52,567 nucleotides of DNA from Candidatus Uhrbacteria bacterium (GTDB lineage Bacteria; Patescibacteriota; Patescibacteriia; JACQRZ01), in contig JACQSC010000006.1 in the NCBI GenBank assembly GCA_016206155.1, forward strand, positions 1 through 52,567, in the 5' to 3' direction. The notes beneath the pieces are model-generated. The model saw nothing but the letters and a program-made list of their open reading frames with translations. It was not told the origin of the DNA and did not search any database. A program made the translations under genes and the position numbers. Shown in pieces: positions 1-7,370 of this stretch. Position 1 is the stretch's first letter, and every line of letters starts with the position of its first letter.

Positions 1-183
1 GGCATCATGTCTTGGATCATCAGAAAAGCCAGTTTCAATTAAAGCGGCTGCCCTTCTTTTTTCCTCAGCTTGCTCCGAGGTTAATCTTCCTGAAGCCTCC
101 ATTTTAACGAGCTCGTCATTTAGAGCTTTTTGAAATATATCCTTTGGCTGTTCTTGTGGTACTGGTGGTTGTTCAAAATTCAT
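1..183 (-). CDS. Hypothetical protein, 5' part only (MNFEQPPVPQEQPKDIFQKAL...); probable gene of a second integron cassette
   Basis: ATG at 183-181 with an open frame to the window edge. It follows an AT-rich leader that starts at the R' box of the attC-like site. Confidence 0.7.
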   Translation of the reverse strand, partial: MNFEQPPVPQEQPKDIFQKALNDELVKMEASGRLTSEQAEEKRRAAALIETGFSDDPRHDA

Positions 184-282
184 AGTTTTGTGTGATTAAT
201 TGATTATTATTTTCAAGTTATTCCGACCCCGAAAATTGCCAAAAAATTAAAATATAAATTGAGAGAGATTTTTGACTATTTC

Positions 283-409
283 CGATAACGTTCCTGCGTA
301 TGCGATGTTTGCCAGTGGTATAATTGCACGAAGTGCTTACCACTGGCAAATATGGGTGGAGGCTTGCGGAGGTACGGAGCAAGCCGTAACCGCATACGCA
401 GTGTTAGCT
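283..409 (-). mobile_element. attC-like recombination site
   Basis: Minus strand reads AGCTAAC-ac-TGCGTATGCG...CGCATACGCA-ggaac-GTTATCG (R''/R' boxes plus a 10-bp perfect inner stem at 295-304/391-400). The interior is branched, with hairpins at 308-320/338-350 and 361-367/379-385. Confidence 0.8.
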
Positions 410-478
410 GATGTATTCCTTTTCTTTTCCGACGATAGTCGGTTGTTTTAAAAATTTTCAAATTTCTTTTTCCGTTTT
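403..478. repeat. Left ~76-bp terminal inverted repeat of the 6-kb cassette (partner 6367-6443)
   Basis: GTTAGCT-gatg-TATTCCTTTTCTTTT-[CCGACGATAGTCGG]-TTGTTTTAAAAATTTTCAAATTTCTTTTTC aligns with the reverse complement of 6367-6443. Confidence 0.9.
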
Positions 479-591
479 GGGTGGCGGGCAGAGGGGAATT
501 AAAGGGGTGAATGCCCGCCACCCAAAACACTTATTCCTGGTTTGGGGAAGGGGCAAGAGGGGCTGGGGGTGAATTGCCCCTTCCCCAAACA
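474..591. repeat. Two tandem 17-bp perfect hairpins with related G-rich loops
   Basis: Arms at 474-490/512-528 and 540-556/575-591. Loops are GAGGGGAATTAAAGGGGTGAA and GAGGGGGCTGGGGGTGAA. Confidence 0.9.
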
Positions 592-593
592 TT

Positions 594-1562
594 TTATTCT
601 ACATCTTTTATTGATTGGAGGTCGATTTCCTTATTTCCAACCACGAGATTCTTTTTTGCAACCCATGTGAATCCTTTTTCTGGTGTGATAACAGCTACAT
701 CAACAGGACCGCCTACGCCTGGCATGTCGCCTGGGTCAAGGAGAATGCCGTCAGAAAATCTTTGTATAGCATTTGTTGTTTCGATTGATAGAACGCTAAA
801 ATCAATGCCATCTTGAAGAGTCATTGTTCCCCATTGAATATTATACTCTAGGGCTCCGAGTTGTTGTTTGACTCCTTGTTCTGTGAATTTTTGCGTAGCT
901 TCTTGTAGCATTGGAAGATTTCCCATCCGTGGGTCGAAGCCTAGGACGATTCTAGTCAAAACATCAGTTTGACCAATCCAACTAGCCCCATACTCTTTCC
1001 CTTTTTGTGTACTGTTTCTTAGCATTTCAACATCTCCAGGTACTGATACTTTGAAGGCTTGATGCGAATCATCACTGTTAAATCCTGAGACTATGAATTG
1101 TAGCTGATCGACATGTGCCATTCGTTCTTCTTCAATACCTTTTGGATTTTTGAATTTGAATTTTACTGCACCTTTTTCTTGTTTAATTTCTATGTCCTTA
1201 CAGCCTTGTCTTTCTAAATCAGCTCGAATTTGATCTGGTAACTTTTTTAGACCCTCTTTGTAATTGTACTTTTCTTCAAAGAAGTCTTGGAGTTTTTTGC
1301 TGATCTCTTCGATTGAGAGTTTTCGGATGTCGGCATGTTTTTTGAACTCTTCGATGAATCGGCTTACGTTTTTGAGCACGCCATTTTCTGGTAGAAAGGC
1401 CAGACCGGCGACTACTACTCCAACTTTTTTTCCGAGTTGAAATACTTTTGTTGCCGAGTCCGAGCCAATACGACTCATTCCTTTCATGTTTCTATAAGAT
1501 TGACGGCTATCAGCGGCTAATACCATTCCTTCAGGGGTGGTTGTGTTAATACAGAGACTCAT
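594..1562 (-). CDS. Proteasome-beta/HslV-like N-terminal-nucleophile (Ntn) hydrolase with Ser1
   Basis: N-terminus (M)SLCINTTTPEGMVLAADSR, downstream TKVF and VAG motifs, and C-terminal GGPVDVAVIT, all typical of the proteasome-type Ntn fold. Confidence 0.7.
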   Translation of the reverse strand: MSLCINTTTPEGMVLAADSRQSYRNMKGMSRIGSDSATKVFQLGKKVGVVVAGLAFLPENGVLKNVSRFIEEFKKHADIRKLSIEEISKKLQDFFEEKYNYKEGLKKLPDQIRADLERQGCKDIEIKQEKGAVKFKFKNPKGIEEERMAHVDQLQFIVSGFNSDDSHQAFKVSVPGDVEMLRNSTQKGKEYGASWIGQTDVLTRIVLGFDPRMGNLPMLQEATQKFTEQGVKQQLGALEYNIQWGTMTLQDGIDFSVLSIETTNAIQRFSDGILLDPGDMPGVGGPVDVAVITPEKGFTWVAKKNLVVGNKEIDLQSIKDVE

Positions 1563-1563
1563 A

Positions 1564-2199
1564 TTATTTTGATAGGTTAGTGATAATATAAATGGTGAAT
1601 AATAACGTACATGTTGCGATTATTGCCTTGTACTCTGGACCCATAAAAAATACGGAAGAGCCGAGTAAAACGATCGCACTTATTGTTAGTTCAGATTGCT
1701 TGTTTGCGGGGATATTTTTTAGGAGATCCAGTATCGGCGTTTTTTGGTGTGTGTACTTTTCTAAGGCAAGATTGATATAGCTCTGGACGATGTTTTGAAG
1801 TGTGTTGCTATCGAACTGTGTTCCCTCGATTTTAATCCTTGATTCGGCGTTATCCACACTATGGATTGGAGGAGTTAAGTTATTTTGGGGGCTACTTTCG
1901 CCCGTGAAGGTAAGGTTATTTGCAAATGATGTTTTGCTCGTATCGCCGACGATGGTATACGTTTCGAGTGGCTGTAATCCCAACTCTTTCAAAGCTCTAT
2001 AAGTCGGGATAACAGAACTGGTTTTAGCGCCTATTTGCGCAAGGTAGCCTTTCTTTACTAGCGATTCAATAGCCCTGAGAACGGAATTGTTGGCCGCCAC
2101 TTTAATTCCCTCAACCATTTCTCCCAATGTCGGAATAATGCCATTCTTTGCGTGGTATTTATGGATGAAAATAATTAGGTTTTTCTGATTCTCAGTCAT
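1564..2199 (-). CDS. LexA-type winged-helix DNA-binding protein with C-terminal transmembrane helices and no S24 peptidase domain
   Basis: MTENQKNLIIFIHKYHAKNGIIPTLGEMVEGIKVAANNSVLRAIESLVKKGYL matches the LexA DBD pattern, and there are two hydrophobic C-terminal segments. ATG 2199 is preferred over GTG 2223, which overlaps the predicted -10 region. Confidence 0.7.
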   Translation of the reverse strand: MTENQKNLIIFIHKYHAKNGIIPTLGEMVEGIKVAANNSVLRAIESLVKKGYLAQIGAKTSSVIPTYRALKELGLQPLETYTIVGDTSKTSFANNLTFTGESSPQNNLTPPIHSVDNAESRIKIEGTQFDSNTLQNIVQSYINLALEKYTHQKTPILDLLKNIPANKQSELTISAIVLLGSSVFFMGPEYKAIIATCTLLFTIYIITNLSK

Positions 2200-2221
2200 A
2201 ATGTCTTTTAAATCTGCATTC

Positions 2222-2251
2222 ACAATACACCGTTACTTTAGTAACGGTCAA
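2222..2251 (-). promoter_or_regulatory. Putative promoter (TTGACC-N18-TATTGT) overlapped by palindromic operator ACCGTTAC-N4-GTAACGGT
   Basis: Perfect 8-bp inverted repeat at 2229-2236/2241-2248, directly upstream of the LexA-like gene. Confidence 0.6.
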
Positions 2252-2260
2252 GTATTTTCC

Positions 2261-2269
2261 TGTGGATAA
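2261..2269 (-). promoter_or_regulatory. Perfect DnaA-box consensus (TTATCCACA)
   Basis: TGTGGATAA on the + strand in the res/LexA-like spacer. A second perfect copy lies at 1850-1858. Confidence 0.35.
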
Positions 2270-2281
2270 CTGAAAAATGGC

Positions 2282-4555
2282 TTATAAAGGCGTCAAATCC
2301 TTCAAAACCTCCTCCACATTCCCATTGTGCACCAAAAAGAAATGGAGTTTGCCCTTGCCGAGTTTTACCCATTCGTCGGCAATTTCTACTTTGTATCCGG
2401 TGTCCTCGTTGCTGATTCGGTCTTCGCCTTTCCATTCAAGGGCAACGATGTTTCCTTTTTTGGTGAGCCCAACAAAATCCGGGTAAAACTTGCCCTTTTT
2501 CCAGCCTTGAATAAAGAAAGGGTCTTGTTTTTCACGATTGCGAACCCAAAACTCAACATTCGGCAAGCTATCAAGGTCTAGACGTTCAACAAAACTCAAC
2601 TCCTCTTTGTTCAGCTTGTCGATTTTCTCGTAGTAATTTTTGTTGAACTCTTGCGGTATCTGCTCTTTGAGCGTGATTGTTTCCGGGAAGCTCTCAAATG
2701 TTTTGGTTGTAATCTTCTTTTTGGCTACAAGCTCGACAAAACGCTTTTTAGCATAGGCTTCAAGTACGCTGTTTATGGCCTCATTGAGTCGGTCGAGGAA
2801 TAAATACCGATTAACGGAAAGCTCAGCCAAAGATTTTTGCTTGAGTTGATAATCAACGGCTTTATCAATGAATTTTACCTTGTTCGGTTTATCGAGCAGG
2901 GTGAAGCGGAGCTTTTTATCAAGCCACTGCACCAACTCTTGTTTTGAAAAATTTTTGTCTCGGTAGGTTAGATTGAGAATTTGCTGTTTGCCTTTGTGCC
3001 ATTTGTTATCGTCTTCAATATCAATAATCGCTCGGCCGTCATTGTCGTAGTGGATTTCAAAGTCAAATTCGGCGTTTTGTTTTGCCAGTTCAAAATCTTC
3101 GCCAATCAGTTCCTCAAAAGTCAGTTTTTCGTCTTCCAAGCTCATCATCGGCACTGCAAAATCCTTTTTCACAGCGCGGTTTACTTCTTTTGGGTCTTTT
3201 GCGGTGTCTCCGTTTGATGAAGCGCCGATTAAATCCAGTTTACTGTATCCGTTTCTTTCCAGTCCTGAAATGATGTTGCTTGCCGCTTCATTGAAGTTTT
3301 TGGCGGAAGCAAAAATGTAAGAGCGGTTTAATGCCTCGTTTTTCTTTCGCTTGGCATACGGCATGCGAATAATACGCCCGATGATCTGCTCGACAGCAAT
3401 TTTTGCCCCGACATTGGCAACGGAAATGAGAACATAGGCAAAGGAACAGTCCCAACCCTCGGCGAGCGCACTAACGGTTATAATGTAGCGGATTTTGCAT
3501 TTTTTGCTGAACAAGTCTACGCCCTCAAGGTCGTTTCGGTCGGATGTTTTGATCGCAATTTCTTCTTCGGAGATTTTGGCGGAAAGCAAATACGCTTTGA
3601 TCTGTTCAACCGTCACGTTGTTTTGCGTTTTGCTCTTTGGCTGGGCTTGAATTAAAGCAATTGGACGGATATATTCGCCTGTATTTTTCTTGCCCTCTTT
3701 TTCAAGGTCGGCTCGTTTTTCAAGCCCGCGAGCAACGGCGTTTTGCCATTGGGCGGAGCTTTCAAGCACAAGCGGAATTTTTACCATTTGTTCGTCTTTG
3801 AGTTCAGCAGGGGAAATGTCCACCAAAATATTACTGCCGGAGCGTGGCGTTGCCGTGTATTCAATTACGAAACTTGGATTTAGGCTGTTGAGAAAATCTA
3901 TTGAAAGCTCGGTTTTGGTTTTATGCCCCTCATCAATCACCACAAGCGGATTACTCATACGGACGACATTTGCGAGCGAGTTTATGATTGTGCCTTCCTC
4001 GTCTTTTTCCAGATCGTCTCGGTCATCAAGGTTTTCAAAGTGGCTCAAGAGTGCGCCGTTTTCCTGATAGACTTTGTATTTCTTTTGGAGTGTTTTTTCT
4101 TTGCGGAAAGCCTCCAAGCTGGAAATGATAATGCAAAGATTGTCCTGAACATCCTCTTTTCTGATTCGTAATGCTTCCTCGTTTGAAAAAATACGTACGC
4201 CTTTTTGAAAAGCCTCGTCCAAAATCTGCCTGTGCCAGTCGTTACGGTCTTTAAACTTCTTGAGCGTTTGGGTTTTGATTGCCTCGGACGGCACAAACCA
4301 CATCACAATACCTCTATCCATTTTGTGCTTGAGGAAAGAGCGCATGATTTCGTTGACGGAATGACAGCCGACAAGCGTTTTTCCTCCGCCAGTCGGAATT
4401 TTGACGCAAACGAAAGGCACATCACCGAAAAAGTCGCCGTGATATGGCCGGTCAGTTTCGCCCATGAACGCATATTTTGGCCCGACGGCCTCTATGCCTT
4501 TGAGATAAGCCTTGAGCTTGTCTAGCGCTGATTGTTGATATTTTTTGAGTTCCAT
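2282..4555 (-). CDS. res: Type III restriction enzyme Res subunit (SF2 helicase plus PD-(D/E)XK nuclease)
   Basis: Motifs PTGGGKT, DEGH, TATP, AEGWD, QIIGRIIR and C-terminal FYPDF...LEWKG. Lies directly downstream of mod. Confidence 0.88.
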   Translation of the reverse strand: MELKKYQQSALDKLKAYLKGIEAVGPKYAFMGETDRPYHGDFFGDVPFVCVKIPTGGGKTLVGCHSVNEIMRSFLKHKMDRGIVMWFVPSEAIKTQTLKKFKDRNDWHRQILDEAFQKGVRIFSNEEALRIRKEDVQDNLCIIISSLEAFRKEKTLQKKYKVYQENGALLSHFENLDDRDDLEKDEEGTIINSLANVVRMSNPLVVIDEGHKTKTELSIDFLNSLNPSFVIEYTATPRSGSNILVDISPAELKDEQMVKIPLVLESSAQWQNAVARGLEKRADLEKEGKKNTGEYIRPIALIQAQPKSKTQNNVTVEQIKAYLLSAKISEEEIAIKTSDRNDLEGVDLFSKKCKIRYIITVSALAEGWDCSFAYVLISVANVGAKIAVEQIIGRIIRMPYAKRKKNEALNRSYIFASAKNFNEAASNIISGLERNGYSKLDLIGASSNGDTAKDPKEVNRAVKKDFAVPMMSLEDEKLTFEELIGEDFELAKQNAEFDFEIHYDNDGRAIIDIEDDNKWHKGKQQILNLTYRDKNFSKQELVQWLDKKLRFTLLDKPNKVKFIDKAVDYQLKQKSLAELSVNRYLFLDRLNEAINSVLEAYAKKRFVELVAKKKITTKTFESFPETITLKEQIPQEFNKNYYEKIDKLNKEELSFVERLDLDSLPNVEFWVRNREKQDPFFIQGWKKGKFYPDFVGLTKKGNIVALEWKGEDRISNEDTGYKVEIADEWVKLGKGKLHFFLVHNGNVEEVLKDLTPL

Positions 4556-4557
4556 AA

Positions 4558-6201
4558 TTAGTAGACTTTAACTTCGTAAGGAATTTGCTTGAAGATGATG
4601 CTGTGTTTCGCAAGTGTTGCCTCATCAAGCAAACATTTGTCGGCGTAAATTACTTTTGTGCCGTCGGTTTTTCGTAGCTTTTTCAAAAAGGATTTACTCA
4701 ATACATTTTCGCCCTTTTCTTTGTAGATCAGATAATACTCGGTTTCCGCATATTCGCCGATATAATTTCCCGATACTTTGGCAGGGTCTATGTTGGTTTG
4801 CGTTTCAGTAAAGTAAATGTAGGTTGCAAACTGGTCAAAGTCGCAAGTGTCCTCGATTTGACCTTCTTCATCAAAAAGTGGCTTGCTGAGTTCGCAATAC
4901 TCGAAGCCGTCGTCATATTTATTTTTCTGTATCGCATTTTTGATTCGGGTTGCCGTTATATCCTTCGCAATGTGATCTTCCATTTCAATAAGAATAAATT
5001 TTCTGGTTCCGCCGTCTTCCTTGTTTAAATCTAAAACTGCGTGACCTGTACTTCCAGAGCCAGCAAAAGAGTCTAAAATTATTTCATCTTCACCGCTTGT
5101 AGCAACCTTCAGAAGATGTTTAAGAAATGCGATTGGCTTTTTACCACTTCTAAAGTCAACACCACCTTCGTGTCGGCAATTACCAAAACTGTCTGCGAAA
5201 TTTTCAAAATTGACTATTGGAGCAAAGCGTTCGTTATCATCAGGATTTTCTAAAACTCTACTTGGTACGCCTTGATAGTACTTTCCTTTCGTTGCCCCGT
5301 CTCTTTTTGGGCCGGTGAAGTATCTATAATCAAACTGATCGTTCCCAATGCCGTAGACTTTATAGAGTACCCCAAGCCCATCCGCTTTGTATCTCCCAGC
5401 TAAATGATCTCTAAAGAAACGGCCTGATGAATTTATATCAAGAACTTTTCCAGTTGCCCAAATTTCCTTCAAACCTTTTTCTGATGGTTCGCCTTTTACG
5501 ATTTTGTAATCGTCTTTTTGAAAAATGGCGACTTTTTTCCCGCCCAAGTTTACAAATTTTGGCTCATTTATTTCTTCAATTTTCCAAATGAATTTATCAA
5601 GGCTGTAATCAATTTTTTGTTTGATTAATGTGGCTTTTGGGCTTTTTCTGTAAACCAAAGCAGTTTCAATAATTATTTGAAAGTCCGAATCTTCTACAAG
5701 TGTTTTTCCTGGATAGCGAACTTGATAGTAAAAGGGATACAAAAAATTTTCTTCACCGAAAATTTCGTCACACAATAGTTTTAAGGTTGACGCTTCGTTG
5801 TCATCTATACTTATAAAAATAAGACCATCTTCTCTCAAAAGTTCCCGTAGTAACTTTAGACGAGGATACATCATGCAAAGCCACTTGTCGTGTCTGCATA
5901 AATCTTCAGATTCTCTGCCCACGACTTTTCCAAGCCATTTCCGAATTTTTGGTGAATTTACTTTGTCATTATAAACCCACTGTTCGCTTCCTGTATTGTA
6001 TGGCGGATCAATGTAAATACATTTAACTTTGCCTGTATAATATGGCATTAGTGCTTTTAGGGCTTGCAGATTGTCGCCGTGCAAAATGAGATTTTGAGAA
6101 TTACCTACGGAAGCGGACTTAACTTTTTTGAGTAATCGAAAAGGAACCTCTTTGTCGTGGTTTACTACTGCTTCTTTTCCAATCCAGTTTAGTGTAGGCA
6201 T
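4558..6201 (-). CDS. mod: Type III R-M DNA adenine methyltransferase (Mod)
   Basis: GDNL...YIDPPYNTG (motif IV) precedes [10 protein letters not shown] (motif I), the beta-class order. Confidence 0.92.
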   Translation of the reverse strand: MPTLNWIGKEAVVNHDKEVPFRLLKKVKSASVGNSQNLILHGDNLQALKALMPYYTGKVKCIYIDPPYNTGSEQWVYNDKVNSPKIRKWLGKVVGRESEDLCRHDKWLCMMYPRLKLLRELLREDGLIFISIDDNEASTLKLLCDEIFGEENFLYPFYYQVRYPGKTLVEDSDFQIIIETALVYRKSPKATLIKQKIDYSLDKFIWKIEEINEPKFVNLGGKKVAIFQKDDYKIVKGEPSEKGLKEIWATGKVLDINSSGRFFRDHLAGRYKADGLGVLYKVYGIGNDQFDYRYFTGPKRDGATKGKYYQGVPSRVLENPDDNERFAPIVNFENFADSFGNCRHEGGVDFRSGKKPIAFLKHLLKVATSGEDEIILDSFAGSGSTGHAVLDLNKEDGGTRKFILIEMEDHIAKDITATRIKNAIQKNKYDDGFEYCELSKPLFDEEGQIEDTCDFDQFATYIYFTETQTNIDPAKVSGNYIGEYAETEYYLIYKEKGENVLSKSFLKKLRKTDGTKVIYADKCLLDEATLAKHSIIFKQIPYEVKVY

Positions 6202-6255
6202 AAGCGTTTATCGTTTTTATTTCTGTTGTATTATAGCGCGTTAGCACTTCATATT

Positions 6256-6365
6256 AAATAAGGTTTTCGGAGCGACCAGCGGGAGCGGAGAAAACATCCT
6301 TATATTCCCCTCATCAAATAAATCGTTTCCGCAGTGTAGCGGAGGAAACACCATATTTCCCCTTA
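6256..6365. repeat. Two tandem imperfect hairpins, each followed by TATWTTCCCCT-like sequence
   Basis: AATAAGGTTTTC...GAAAACATCCTTATATT-CCCCT and AAATAAATCGTTTCCGC...GCGGAGGAAACACCATATTT-CCCCT. Confidence 0.6.
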
Positions 6366-6366
6366 T

Positions 6367-6443
6367 AAAATAGAAAAAGAAATTTGAAAATTTTTTAAAA
6401 CAAATGGGCGAAGCCCAAAAAGAAAAGGAATATTTTAGCTAAC
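6367..6443. repeat. Right ~77-bp terminal inverted repeat of the cassette (partner 403-478)
   Basis: Reverse complement is GTTAGCT-aaaa-TATTCCTTTTCTTTT-[TGGGCTTCGCCCA]-TTTGTTTTAAAAAATTTTCAAATTTCTTTTTC. Confidence 0.9.
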
Positions 6444-6460
6444 TCGTATTTATACGAAAT
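6432..6460 (-). mobile_element. attI-like site, crossover G|TTAGCT at 6443/6442
   Basis: Minus strand ATTTCGTATAA-ATACGAG-TTAGCTAAAAT has the TAA-N7-TTA simple-site geometry of attI1. It lies ~100 bp upstream of the divergent integrase. Confidence 0.7.
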
Positions 6461-6483
6461 AAGTGATAAAATATGATGAATAT

Positions 6484-6512
6484 TTGTACATTATCTGAAC
6501 TTATTGTATAAT
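6484..6512 (+). promoter_or_regulatory. Sigma70-type promoter for the integrase
   Basis: TTGTAC-N17-TATAAT, 30 bp before ATG 6543. Confidence 0.65.
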
Positions 6513-6542
6513 CATACTATTCGACATTAGCATCAATATATC

Positions 6543-7370
6543 ATGGATGATGCCAGCATACAACAGGCGCTCCGGCAGACCGATGACCTTCTACGATTAC
6601 GGAATTACAGCCGCAGGACGCGAGATGCGTACCAGAATTGTTTACGCGCCTACCTTCGTCACAAAGACGCATCAGCGCAGGTATGTAGTCCCGAGAATGT
6701 GGGAGCTTTTTTGATGGCTCTTTATGATCGCGGGGCGGCTTCGCAGACGGTTACGCTTCATTTTCATGCTATCCGTTTCTACTATCGCGACGTACTTGGA
6801 CAGACGGTTCATATTCCATGGAAAACACCCAAACGCCCACAACGCTTGCCAGTTATTCTTTCGCGCGATGAAGTCGAACACCTTCTTAGTGTTGTTAAAA
6901 ATAAAAAACATTATCTCGTCCTTGCGCTTTCCTACGGCGCCGGTTTGCGCGTCAGTGAAGCGATTAGTCTTCATGTAGGTGATATTGATCTCGATGAACT
7001 TGTTGTCACCATTCGACAATCAAAGGGGAGGAAAGATCGTCGTACCGTGTTGCCCGAGAAATTAAAAAACGATCTGCGCTCGCTGATAGCCGGACGTGAG
7101 TCACATGAATATCTTTTTGAAAGCAATCGCGGTGGGAAATTACATGAACGCAGTGCGCAAAAACTGTTTGATGATTCCCTGAAATCCTCGGGCATCAAAA
7201 AAGATGCCTCATTCCACTCCCTCCGACATTCATTCGCGACACATTTGCTGGAAAATGGCGTGGACGTTCGCTACGTGCAGGAGCTCCTCGGTCATGCGAA
7301 TATCCGCACGACGCAAATCTATACTCATCTTACGAATCCAGCATTGAAAAATATCAAAAGCCCGCTATGA
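6543..7370 (+). CDS. Integron-integrase-like tyrosine recombinase, short form without the I2 insertion
   Basis: SAM-like N-terminus (LRNYSRRT...Y), LPVILS, YGAGLRVSE, KGRKDR, HSLRHSFATHLLE, LLGH...TTQIYTH and C-terminal SPL. All catalytic R-K-H-R-H-Y residues are present. Confidence 0.88.
   Translation: MDDASIQQALRQTDDLLRLRNYSRRTRDAYQNCLRAYLRHKDASAQVCSPENVGAFLMALYDRGAASQTVTLHFHAIRFYYRDVLGQTVHIPWKTPKRPQRLPVILSRDEVEHLLSVVKNKKHYLVLALSYGAGLRVSEAISLHVGDIDLDELVVTIRQSKGRKDRRTVLPEKLKNDLRSLIAGRESHEYLFESNRGGKLHERSAQKLFDDSLKSSGIKKDASFHSLRHSFATHLLENGVDVRYVQELLGHANIRTTQIYTHLTNPALKNIKSPL

Noticed and set aside
276-816. Track ORFs 276-530 (-) and 511-816 (+)
   Set aside because: They run through the attC, the inverted repeat and hairpins, or lie antisense to the Ntn hydrolase, and show no protein-like motifs.
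6478-6500. Possible SOS box over the integrase promoter (GAAT-N4-GTAC or GTAC-N7-GAAC)
   Set aside because: These are only degenerate matches in AT-rich DNA, and the host LexA motif is unknown.
6460-6540. Cassette promoter Pc on the minus strand
   Set aside because: Several -10-like hexamers are present, but none has a convincingly spaced -35.
6543-7370. Plain housekeeping XerC/XerD call
   Set aside because: The IntI-like N-terminus and SPL ending plus adjacent matching att-like sites fit an integron-type role better. A Xer role cannot be fully excluded.
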